The notes under the pieces are model-generated. The model had not been told where the DNA came from, did not search any database, and worked only from the letters and a program-made list of their open reading frames with translations. A stretch of 64,000 nucleotides of DNA from Podarcis cretensis (lineage: Eukaryota): NCBI GenBank assembly GCA_951804945.1, contig OX638162.1, forward strand, positions 42,408,001 to 42,472,000, written 5' to 3'. This document shows, piece by piece, positions 11,301 to 24,271 of the stretch. A program made the translations under genes and the position numbers. The stretch's first letter is position 1, and every line of letters begins with the position of its first letter.

Positions 11301-14300
11301 CTGTTATTTCCCATGTCATTTTTAACTCTTTTTGAAGTGTGGTGTAATGGTTTGAGTATTGGACTGCAGCCTGGGAGGCCAGGATTCAAATCCCCACTCA
11401 GCCATGGAGCTCACTGGGTGACCGGGGGGGGGGGAGCAGTCCCTGCTTTTCTCAGCCTCTCCTACCTCACAGGGTTGTTGTGAGGATAAAATAGGGAGTG
11501 AGGAGAACAGTGCCACCACCGTGAGCTTCTTGAAGCAGAAGGCAGCCTCTAAATGTAATAAATAAATAAAGCTGTCTTTGTTGCACTTTATGCATTTCCT
11601 TGGGGTGTGTTTCGGAAGGCGTTAAATAAACAAGCAAATGGTGAAATTTGGAGTTGTGGAGAGTTACAGGTTCTCCATTCCTGGATACAAGAGAAATCTC
11701 GCTGTGATGCACATGTTTCTCTGCATTTTCAGTTCTTTGGTTTGCCATGTCCTCTGTGTCTTTCAACAGCGCTTCTCTCTGCCCCCGGCCTCTGATGACT
11801 TTATGAAAGAACTTTGCGGCTCGGGAATAAATGATGCTCCACAGACCAGCAGGCAAGGTATTTAGTATTTGTGTGTACAGTGGTACCTCTGCTTACATAT
11901 GCTTCAGGTTACATACGCTTCAGGTTACAGACTCCGCTAACCCAGAAATAGTACCTCAGGTTAAGAACTTTGCTTCAGGATGAGAACAGAAATCGTGCTC
12001 TGGCGGCACGGCAGCAGCAGGAGGCCCCGTTAGCTAAAGGGGTGCTTCAGGTTAAGAACAGTTTCAGGTTAAGAACAGACCTCCAGAACGAATTAAGTAC
12101 TTAACCTGAGGTACCACTGTTGGTTAAAATCCCTTGCTATTCCAGATTGGCATGTGTGGCTCTCCTGTGAATCTGACCTGGCATCAGTCAAACATGTGGT
12201 ACAGCTCTGCCCAAATAGTTCAGTCCTGAAAACACAGCACTGGCTGTCAGCGAGTCTCTGGGCCAAATTCTTTAATTATAATTTTTTATTAGTTTTTTTT
12301 AACATATCATTTTCAACAGTAATTAAACATACTTTTACATCTTATTCAAATTTTTCACTTCCATCAATCCTGTCTGAAAATTTTCCAATCTAATCTCTCA
12401 GTATGCATTTCTTATCTTCCTTATTACATTTCAAACTCATAACCAATATCTCTATCTTTTTCTACTTTGTAACACTTCGCATATTTCTCCTTCCAAAACT
12501 TCTTGTAGTCCTACTAGCGTAATTTGTTGATTACAGTTGCTCTTCAAATAATTCAAATACTTCTTCCAATCTTCTGTAAATCTCTGGTCCCGCAGGTTTC
12601 AAATCCTTCCTGTCATTTTGTCCAATTCTGCATAGCCCATTAATTTCGTCTGCCATTCTTCTTTCGTCGGAATTTCTTCTTGTTTCCATTTCTGGGCTAA
12701 CAATACTCTTGCCGCAGTTGTTGCGTATAAAAACAATTTAACATCTTGCCTATTAATGTCCTGACCTATAATACCAAGTGAAAATGCTTCTGGTTTTTAA
12801 AAAAAATGTATATTTCAACATCTTTTTCATCTCATTATATATCATTTCCCAGAAGTTCTTTACTTTTTTACATTCCCACCACATATGATAAAATGTCCCT
12901 TCTTTTTCTTTACATTTCCAACATTTATTATTTGTCTTATACATTTTAGCTAATTTCCCTGGTGTAATATACCATCTATACATCATTTTCATCATATTCT
13001 CTTTCAAAGCATAACAGGCTGTAAATTTTATCCTTTCATTCCACAACTTTTCCCATTCTTCAAGCGTCTCTGGGCCAAATTCAATCTGTTGGCACTTGCA
13101 TATAAAAAGCCTTAAATGGCTTAGGCCCCACAGGAGCGACACGGGTTTCCTGCCTGCCAGAAACTAGCACCAACTGATGCCTGTGAGCCTGCCACAGATT
13201 CCCACCATACAGCTCAGGATTCCCTGCCATCAAATCGTAGAGTTGGAAGGGACCATGGGGGTCATCTAGCCCAACCCTCTGCAGTGCAGGAATATTTTCT
13301 CCAACGCGGGGACTGAACCCTTGACCCTGAGATTAAGAGTCTCCTGCCCTTAACGACAGAGCTACCCCAGAGCTGTCTCAGAGTGTGCAGTCGTAGGCCG
13401 CAGGAAGGAGAAGTAGAGAGGAGCCGGAAAATAAGGGTTTCCATCTGTGGTTGCTGGCTCCTCTACACCATCAGGGTTCATGCAAGGTGCCTAAAAGGCA
13501 GGAATTCAACAGGTGATGTATTCTGTCACTGCCTCTCCACCTGCATGAGACCCGCTTCTACTAGATCTTGAAGGCTTTCCTGTTTTTGTCCTCTGTTAAG
13601 AAAAAGATAAGTTGCCTTTTTTTTTTTTAGCAGCTCACACAAAAGCTGCACTTAATTTATTTTGGATTTTTTTAAAAAAAAAAAAACCCAACTACTTTAA
13701 ATTAGAATTTTAATTAAGGCTGCAATTCTCAGCAGACCCGTTAGGATGAAATGTGCGTGACTTGACATTTGTTCAGTGTTGAGGACAGGGAGTATTAATA
13801 CAATGTATGGAAATGCAAGTAGAACCCGAAACAAAAGCTGGCGGTATGGAGTGCTCCTGTTCGGAATGTCAGCCAGCCATGCTCTTTTCAGGGTACTCCA
13901 TTCCATTCCCTCAGTTTTACACACACAAACGCCTGTCAATCAGCATTCTGTGTCCTATGAATCTCCTGGTCCTAATTGGGTTGTCTTGCAATTCCACCCC
14001 CCCCCCCCCCGGAGGTTTATATTCTGCAAACTGTCTGGCTCCCACAACCCTGATGACCCCTCCCTTTGTTCTGTATTTCAGTGACGCGGAAAGATCCCAT
14101 AATTCAGAAATATGGAGAAGAGGCCCATGGGCTCTCCAGGTATGTCCTTACTGCAGAGGAGATGCGTCTCAATGATTACCCCTTGGAAGGTAAGCTCCTG
14201 TTATTGGGGAAAATGGAAATGCACATTTGTGATTACAGTTAATTTGCAGATTATTTGAAAAGTGGGGGAGTGCCGTGGTTCGGTGGTGGAGCACATGCAC

Positions 14301-17300
14301 CGATTTCTACAAATTCTCTTAACTATTCAGTATCACCAATGGAATAAAATTAGGCAGGGTAGCTTGAGAAGGTGGTTCAGGTCAGATCCCATGACAAACC
14401 GTTGTTTATATGCTAGCTGCTGTTTAGAACCAATACTATTGTTAAAAAGTCTGCTTTTGTCGTCTGCCACCTCATCACTTACCGTTCTAGTCAGTCGTGT
14501 GGTGGCAAATTTAGAAGCGCAGAGTCCCTTCATGACAATCACAGCCACGCCTTCTCAAAGCCACGTCCCTTCTACGATCATACGATCATATTATAATTAT
14601 TAAGTAATCATAATTAGGGATTCATTGCAACAATCATTGCAGATATCCTTGTGCTCCCTTTCAGCCAGATCTACCCTTTTCTGGGCATAAAGGTAAAGGT
14701 AAAAGGACGCCTGACCATTAGGTCCAGTCGTGACCGACTCTGGGGTTGCGGCGCTCATCTTGCTTTATTGGCCGAGGGAGCCGGCGTACCGCTTCCAGGT
14801 CATGTAGCCGGCATGACAAAGCCGCTTCTGGTGAACCAGAGCAGCGCATGGAAACGGCGTTTACCTTCTCGCCGGAGCAGTACCTATTTATCTACTTGCA
14901 CTTTGGCGTGCTTTTGAACTGCTAGGTTGGCAGGAGCAGGGACCGAGCAACGGGAGCTCACCCCATTGTGGGGATTCGAACCGCCAACCTTCTGATCAGC
15001 ACGTCCTAGGCTCTGTGGTTTAACCCACAGCGCCACCCGCGTCCAATAATTATTAAGTAATCATAATTAGGGATTCATTGCAACAATCATTGCAGATATC
15101 CTTGTGCTCCCTTTCAGCCAGATCTACCCTTTTCTGGTGGGCTTTGTTGGTGGGCAAATGATTTTCAGAGTACTCGGATATATTCCTTCAGACTGAGCTA
15201 AGTTTCATTTTCCTTGGCGTTCCATCGTACGTCACAGAACTTGCACACCGTTCTCTTGAAATGGAAGCGCCAACCACACTGGCTCTTGCCATGTCTTTTG
15301 GAGCTGAAATACCTCCGCTTCCTTCTCTAGGCCTCAGCAACTGCAGCCATTTTGTCCGCACCTGTTGTGATGGCCCAGCGACAGACAGCAGTCCCCTCTT
15401 TGGGCTGGACTGTGAAATGGTACGTTGGCGTGACACTCACTGACAAACAAAAGAAATGAGTGTTGTGCTTGTGTTATGTTTCCTTGCCGTATCTGAGGCT
15501 TAAACTGTGGGAGACCTTCAGCGTGAAACGTTGCCAGGTATTTCCTAAAAGCCTCCTCAGCAACTCTGAGTACTCGAACCAGCCCTGGTCAGGAGACCCC
15601 TTTGCTTGTGGGCTTGTACTTACGTGGCAGGGGTTTGGATGTTGTGGGGAGGAAAGCAAGGTCTCAGCCTGAGCCAGTCAAGACTTTTCTTGATGTTCTT
15701 TGCTTCTCAATGTTTTCCCCAGTGCCTCACCGATAAGGGATCTGAACTCACGCGAATCTCGGTGGTGGATGCCCGTGGTCGGTGCATTATGAATGAGCTG
15801 GTCAAGCCCAAGTTACCAATAAGAAATTACCTCACGAGGTACCCTTGTCACACATTTATTCTGTGGGGGAGAAGGGGCAGAAAACCACCAAGCCTAGGCA
15901 CTGCAGGGGAGTGTGTGTGTGTGTATCCCATAAATTGAGAATTAATTGCTTCTGTTCAGGATACTCTCAGCTACCCTTTCCCCAGATGTTGCCGGACGAC
16001 AGCTCCCACCATCTGGTCAGAGATGAGGGGAATTGTACTCCAACAACACCTGGGGACCCAAGGCTGGGAAAATCTAAGCCATTCCCCTCCAAATCCCTTT
16101 TCTGTTACCCTGCTCCCCCTTCTGTGTCCACTGAGCATTTTTCAGACTTGATGGAGCTGTTTGGCCGATCCTCCCCCTGCCCTTAGGGTTTTCTTTCAAG
16201 AAATGTTATACTTCTGCAAACCTACCCACCCACCCACCCACCCACACTGCGCTCATTCAGGGACCAGCTGAGATCTCCCTCTTCTGCCTTGGTAATGCAG
16301 ATTTGGCCGTACAGTGGTACCTTGGGTTAAGTACTTAATTCGTTCCGGAGGTCCATACTTAACCTGAAACTGTTCTTAACCTGAAGCACCCTTTAGCAAA
16401 TGGGGCCTCCTGCTGCTGCTGCGCCGCCGGAGCACAATTTCTGTTCTCATCCTGAAGCAAAGTTTTTAACCTGAAGCACTATTTCTGGGTTGGTGGAGTC
16501 TGTAACCTGAAGCGTATGTAACCTGAAGTGTATGTAACCCGAGGTACCACTGTATAAGTATTGGCACTCACGGGCTGATCATCAGAAATGACGTACCCTT
16601 TCTGGACAAACCTACATTTCCCTCCTTGGCTGTCTGAAGCAACACAGGCTGTTCTGTGACACCCCTTCTCCCTGCAAAGGCCAGGTCTGAGCTGTTCCAC
16701 AGGGAAGGTGGGATTTGGCCAGGAAAAGGAAATTCGGGATGTTTCAAATCAGATTTTAAACGAAGAGGCCGGGCAAGATTCTGTGCCAAGGATTCCCACC
16801 AGAGCTTTGCCTTGGCTTGAAAATGCAGCGTTCCTTCAAGGGCTCTGACTACCCCTTCTCTTGTGTTTGAAGTTACTCTGGCATCACAGAAGAGCTGCTC
16901 CTTCCTGTCACGACAACCCTCGCCGACATCCAGGTCCGGTTGAAGAAGCTGCTGCCCTCTGATGCGGTTTTAGTGGGCCACTCTTTGAATTTTGACCTTC
17001 AAGCTCTAGAAGTGAGTCTGTGAGTCTCCTTTCCTTCAACAATTCTCACTCCTCTCAGGGCTTGGACCTCTTGCGTAAACTAAACTAAATCTGCACCTTA
17101 GAAACACAGGGAGCTATACTGAGTCAGGCTCTCTGTCCATCTAGCCGTCTAGGGGCTATTATCAAGGATTGTCATTAATACTAGGCGGTATGTGTGATCT
17201 TGATATATACCAATATGTCACGACGTCTGAAATAAGGATGGAGCTGCGTTAGAGGCATCGGCTGGCATCACGCATTTTACCCCACATTGTGATTTTTGCA

Positions 17301-20300
17301 TAGTACACACAAACACAAATCATGATTCGCAATGTATTGCCAGGTCAAAAATTCTGAAACCAATATCGTGATGTGGACTTGAAACTGCATTTGAAAGATA
17401 CATATTGCCCCTGGCTTCCGGTTCCAGTCTGCCTTTATGGAGGCAGCTCCCATGACAGCGGGAGACAGCTGGAGAAGGAAAAACAAGGATGATTAAGGGT
17501 AATTATCCTTGCAAGGATATATTACCCAGCTCTAGTTGTACATAACATAACAGCTATGTTCTGCCTCCATTGTTGGAGCCAGTTTGCCTCTGCATACCAG
17601 GTGCTAGGAGTTGCAGGCGGGCAGGGTGCTGTTTGTTTATGGCACAAAATTTATACACCACTTATCAGAATCGTAGAGTTGGAAGGGACCCCGAGGGTCA
17701 TCTATTCCAACCCCCTGCAATGCAGGAATCTCAACTAAAACATCCAAGACAGATGGCCACCCAACCTCCGCTTAAAAATCTCTCAAGGGAGAAGAATCCA
17801 TAACCTTCCGAGGGAGTCTGTTCCACTGTCGAACAGATCTTAACTGTTCAGAATCTTGGAAGCCATTGGTTGTAGAAAACCTCAGAAAAGCTTGCAGAAA
17901 GATAAAGCAGTAAAATCAAGGGGAAAAGTCACAACCACACTTTATAAAGAGTATAAAAGTTAAAATACTAAAACAGATTAGAATCACCTTAACTTTCTAA
18001 GCATCTTAAGTAGGATTTTCTGAACAAGAATGTTCTTAACAGGCGTCGGGAAAAGCACAGGAAAGGAACCTGTTTGATCTCAACAGGCAGGGAGTTCCAA
18101 AGTGCCGCCACACTAAAGGATCGAGTGGGACTCAGCTACATTTGTGAAGATAAAGCACTTTATATGTGTTATAACACTTTGACACCAGATGGCGCTGTGG
18201 AGTCCTGTTTTTCGCCAACAGGACTTCCCTGTATGAAGTTTACAACGTGTTTAACTGAATCACTTCTTGGATGTATCTAGATCCAGCCGTGGAGGAAGGT
18301 GATCTTGAGTCGTTGGCCTTGTGTCCTGCTTGCAGGCAGATTCCCACAGGCATCTGGTTGGCTGCTGTGAGAACAGGACGGTAGACAGGATGGGCTGCTG
18401 GCCTGATACAACAGGCCCTTCTTGTTCACTATTAGTATTTTCCAGTTTGCAGGCTGCAAATCCGGGCCAGTAGCAAAGGATCAAGTTTCCTAGCCTCATT
18501 TGCGACTTAAAAATGCCACCCTTTTTTGAGTCATGTATTCTAACACCCCTCTTCGCTTCTTCCAGATGGTGCATCCGAACATTATAGATACTTCTCTTCT
18601 TTTTGCCAGGAAGGGTGGCAAACGATTCAAGCTCAAATTCTTAGCAGAAGCAGTTTTAAGGTAAAGTATTTCCCCTGTCACTCATCTCCCCCAAGCTATA
18701 GAATCATAAAGTTGGAAAGGGACCGTGAGGCTCATCTAAGTCCAGCCCCCTGCAGTGCAGGAATCCTTTGGCCCAACATGAGGCTCGAACCCATGACCTT
18801 AAGATTAAGAGTCTCATGCTCTACCAACAGTTTAAGTTAGTGTAGAATAAGTGAAATGCTGAGCTGCTGAATCATGAAAGGCGATCCTTCTAAGCAGAGG
18901 ATTTTGCAACTGAGTAAGGCTGGAATCCTATCAATGCTTATCTGGGCTCAATGGGGCTTGCTACGAGTATGCAGTTACTGGTATATAGGATCACACTCTG
19001 TGTATGTATGTATTTTATTTTATTATTTTATTTTATTGAATTGAATCACTCAGCCCGGACATTGAGGTCCAGCTCCGAGGGCCTTCTGGCAGTTCCCTCA
19101 CTGTGAGAAGCGAAGTTACAGGGAACCAGGCAGAGGGCCTTCTCGGTGGTGGCACCTACCCTGTGAAACGCCCTCCCATCAGATGTCAAAGAAGTAAACC
19201 TCAGCCCTGAAAACCTACAGTGTTTTCAGACTGTAATTCCCAGCATCCCTGACCACCGGTCCTGCTAGCTAGGGATCATGGGAGTTGTAGGCCAGAAACA
19301 TCTGTAGGGCCGAGGTGGAGGAAGCCTGGTTTAGGGCTTTAAAGGTCAGCACCAACACTTTGAATTGCGCTTGGAAACGTACTGGGAGCCAATGTACGTC
19401 TTTTAGGACCGGTGTTATATGGTCTTGGTGGCCATTCCCAGTCACCAGTCTACTCTGACTAACAGCAGCTCCCTGGGCAGCACCAGCCCTGCTCCAGAGA
19501 TAGGCCAGGGATTGAACCCAAGACATTCTGCATACAGAGCACATGCTCTTATCACTGAGCTACAGCCCTTTCCCAACCTGTGAGGGGTCAGATTGTGCCA
19601 ACTTCCACCCCAAGGTTTGGAAAACAGAGCAGATCCCGGAAATCATGAGGAGATTGTCTTTGCTCTCGGCCACAAAGGGGGATTCTTTTCATGAAAGAGC
19701 CATTCTGCAAGGCAGAGTGTGCTGTTACCACGGCCCTCACTGCATTGCAGCACTTAAACTTTCCACACATCTTGCTTTTCTCCTTTGCAGGAAGCAAATC
19801 CAGCGCACAGACGGAAGTGGCCACGATCCAACCGAAGATGCCAAGTGTGCCCTTGAACTGGCCCAGTATTTCATCAGCCAAGGACCCAGGAAGGTATGTG
19901 GGTTTGCATCTTTCACGCTTCTTTTCCTTCCTTCCTTCCTTCCTTCCTTCCTTCCTTCCTTCCTTCCTTCCTTCCCTCCTTCCTTTCTTTTGAAAAATAT
20001 TTATCGGCAAAAGGATTGTATGCCTGCTGACAGGTTGAAAAGGTGTGTGGGGAGGGAGAAAATGCCAGGGAGCAACGAAAGAACAAACCCTAAATGTTTG
20101 GGATGCAATACGTCAAAGCGGGAGAGGAAAGTAAGGGCTTGCCTGCTTTGCCTTTGAAGTAAGTGGGATTTAATTCGTTAATTTGCATTGCCGGGGTTGG
20201 GCTAGATGACCCTTGGGGTCCCTACAGTTCTGTGGTTCTGATCAGGTGGGGTTTGAGTCTGACACTCTAGGGTAACTGCAAGCCCATTTTGACAAATTAG

Positions 20301-22873
20301 TCCTTTTCAAGCCCAAATAATCTACAGTCCTTGAGAACAGTTTTGGCGACAAACTCCTTTGTGGAATGTAACCAATTCCTCCAAATGCATCACTGACCCA
20401 CGGAAAAGGTTTAGCTAGAGCAGCTGCTTTCTTGATGATGAAATCTTCACTCTGAACCATAACCAAATGTTATATATTCCCCCCCCCAAAAAAAATGCAA
20501 ATAATATAAGAATAATACACACAGCAAATGCTGCAAATAGGACACTTCACTCAAATTACATTCCCTCACTCTGCAGCCAAAGCAGCCGAGCCACGACTTC
20601 CACGAAGCATATTTTATAATAGCTGTGAACCTGCTGCCTTGTGTGACTGATCATAATGAATAAAAACAGATGTTGCAAGTATGCAGATAGGTCAGGCTTG
20701 TCACCACAAGGTCCCAGAGCAAGTTACAGCACTGTGGAAATATTAAAATCAGTTAAAACGATCTGCGGTGAGAAAAAATCAGGCTGGGTCCAAAATCTGA
20801 CTGCCTCTGCCCAATCTCAAAGACCAGGTTAAAGAGGGATGTCTTCAGCAGAGAACAAAAGCTCTGCAAGGTGTCAGGCAGACCTCTGTGGGGAGGGAAG
20901 GCCACATCTTAGGGCTGCCACAGAAAATGGCCTCTCTTGGGATATCCACCCCACAATGAACTACCAAGAGGGCCCCCTCAGCCTCTCTGAGGACCCAAGA
21001 AGGGCTATAGATGGGGAGCTCTGCTGATAAGATTTACAGACCCCCCCCAGAATATATGTGGTTAATTTGAGTTTAATCTGGAGAGTGCAAAGGAGAGCTG
21101 TCACTAAATCCTGGAGACAGGGAACCGTTCCCTCGCAGAGCCACTGGTGTGAAGGTCGCTCTGCAGGGTAAGAAGGCAACAAATCCCTGGCCCAAAGAGC
21201 TTACAGTCTCGAATGTGACCTCCTGAGGAGACAACAGAGGGAGAGGGAGGGTGAAGTATACGGGGGAAGGATAAGTGCTCAGTTTAGTTCGGAGTTCTTA
21301 GGCTTATTAGTCATACTACATGTTGTTGTTGTGTTTTGCAAATTTACAAACCACTTCACAACCTGAGGCCACCGAAGCGGTGTACATCGAGATAAAAATA
21401 AGATCAAACCCTTTTGGCAAACTCAAAAAAAATCATTTAAACCATTCCAACGAAACCTAAAAGCATCCTACAGATGTACAATTAATATTTCATAGATGAC
21501 CCAGTCACACCTCAGGAAAAGCCTTCTTAAAACCATCACATATTCTGTAGGCACCTAAAGATAATGACTCCCCATGACGCCTGCCGAATTTCAGCTGGTA
21601 ATTGAGTCCAGAGGCTTAGTTTCAGTAGGAAGTGAGGGATTTAATTTCTGCTCTGCCAGAAGGTTCCCATTTTGCCCACCAGCAGCGGCCTAAACTCTGG
21701 TATCTATCGCCACCTCCTCCCACACGGTGCCCTCCGCATTCTGTTGATTTTCCGCCCCCCGCCCCCCATCATCTCTGACCGTTTGCCCCACTGATTGGGG
21801 CTGGTGGGAGTTCAAAATGTTTAGAGGGTTCCAGAATGGGGGAAACGTGATCTAGTTGCAAGCCCCCTTTTCTTCATGGGTGCCAAGACCTCGCCCTGAT
21901 TCTTAATATTGTACAGGCACATAATTTGCAAAGGAAATCTGCGCAAACGCTTCCACACACCCCTAGCAAAACACCCAGATCAGAAACCTGCAACTGTGAC
22001 TGAACGCAGACTCTGGAAAGGGGAATGTCTGGTGAAATTATATTGGCTTCACACCAGGTAGCAGAGCTGAACCTGGAAGCAAGACAGCTAAAGCAAAGGG
22101 AGACGGGAGAGGCATGGAACGGTGCCCTGCCACAGCAAAAGAACGGGGTGAGGAAACCCAACCAATGGTAAATAACCTTTGTGCTGTTTTTAATTCTCCT
22201 TTTGGGGCAGCCCTTTGCCTGAGCGATGTGCGTATCTCAGCCTTCTGTAGCACCATCACTCCACTTAGACAAGTTATTATTGTGCCGGCAGAGTCTCTGG
22301 AAAGAATACTGTGCAGTTCAGCACATTGTCCGCATGATAATCCGCTTGCCTTCATCTAACGATCTGTGGTCTTGTCGCAATCGCCAGTTGTTGATTTTGC
22401 AAAAGGAGCTGGACCTGGAAACTCAACATTTTAGCACTCTTGACACAATTTAATCTGGAATTGCCAACCTTCGTTCACTCTATACAGGAAATCCAGATGG
22501 TATCAGCCTGCTGCATTTGGATTTTTCTGTGATGGCCCCATGTTTTTTCAGACCTTATTTGTTTTCACTGTTTTGTGATGCAGTGCTATTACATCACCGC
22601 CACCCCCTGTCCAGTGTGGACTCAAAAAGCACTATTGATGTTTTCCAGGGTGACTGTGTCTTTCGTTAGAAGTTTCCTTGTAGTTCCTACTTGCCTTTAA
22701 TTAAATATTTCCTCCTTGCATTATGAAGCATAATAATATTGTCCAACTTACAAGGGGTTGTCCATTAAGGACTTTTGAGTGTCCTACAGAGCTATATAAA
22801 TATTGAACATTATTATTATCTAACCAAAGTGAGTGGTCAGTTTTAAACATGGCAGTGGGTTTGTTTGTCTGCC

Positions 22874-22912
<39 letters not shown>

Positions 22913-24218
22913 TTGTTTGTTTTAAATAGATTTTGCTTTCATTGTTGGTTTTTTTTTGTGTGTGTGTCTTATAGTCTTCTAGACATCTTGCACTCTGTTG
23001 GTCAAAAAACATTGCTTCTGGGACAACAGAATGAGGGAGCTTCCTACAATTGTCAAAATCAGACTGGCTCTCCTAATAAGCAAGTGAGTTATAAATATCC
23101 CTCCAGGCCTTGACATTTTCTCCTAGCTTAATATTCATTTTCCAAAGCTGAGAAACCCCACACACCTTGGTCCTTCCCAACAGAAGCGGGAAGGTAAACG
23201 ACGTTTCCGTGTGCTGCTCTGGTTTTGCCAGAAGCGGCTTAGTCATGACCCGGAAAAACTGTCTGCGGACAACCATCGGATCCCTCGGCCAGTAAAGTGA
23301 GATGAGTGCTGCAACCCCAGAGTCGTTCACGACTGGACTTAACTGTCAGGGGTCCTTTACCTTTTTCTTTTTAACTGTAAGTGTATTTTGCGGACACAGC
23401 CTTTACCAACCTGCTGTCCTCCTGATGTTTTGGGCTCCTGTCAGTTTGAGCCAGGCTTCTCTCTCTGGCCTTCAGGACTCTCCACAGGCCACACCCCCTT
23501 TCTGCGGGCCACACCCCTCAATGGCTGTGCTTCACACCCTTCTTGAGAGTTTTTGCTTGGCTGGGAATGTGTCCTTGGAACTCTGATAATGCCTCTTCCT
23601 TATCCAGAGGAAGGGTGTGTGAGCCTGTGTAGCAGCTACGTAGCTTACTGTACAAAGGTATTTGCATCCATTGCTCTGCCCATGTTTGCATCTGCCCCCC
23701 CCCCACTGTTATGTGACCCTCGGGTGGTTTCCCATAAAGGAATACAGCAGTCCTGAAGCTGAAAAGGTTTCCCTGCCCCAGATATTCGTTTTCCATGCAG
23801 TCAGGTTTTCACTTTTATGGACCCTGCAGCCCATGACTCCAAATGTCTCCTACGCAACTTTCTCTCTGTTTAGGTACTCCAGAGAGCCCTAGAAGAGATT
23901 CCCAGGTCCTCCTTCAGTGTAATTCAGTTTGCTTTGGATGCTCAGCATGCCACACCCAACCAGGTTTCAGAAACAGTTTCCAAGGTAAACAGCACTTCCC
24001 TATGTCCTTCCACAGGGGTGGCCAAAGCAAGACCCAAAGCAGGTGTGGGGAACCTTTATTATTATTATTCAACAACTACCAGACTTTTAGAAGACATCTG
24101 AAGGCAGCCCTGTTTAGGGAAGCTTTTAATGTTTGATGTATTACGGTATTTTAATTTTTTGCTGGAAGCCGCCCAGAGTGGCTGGGGAAGCCCAGCCAGA
24201 TGGGCGGGGTATAAATAA

Positions 24219-24271
<53 letters not shown>

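Noticed and set aside
13290-13365. tRNA-Lys(CTT) gene (also about 18770-18830, 31295-31355, 63075-63110)
   Set aside because: Stems are mutated or truncated and each copy is fused to a CR1-like tail, so these are SINE heads.
19543-20157. 204-aa ORF as a separate gene
   Set aside because: It is REXO5 exon 10 read through intron and the (CCTT)n repeat.
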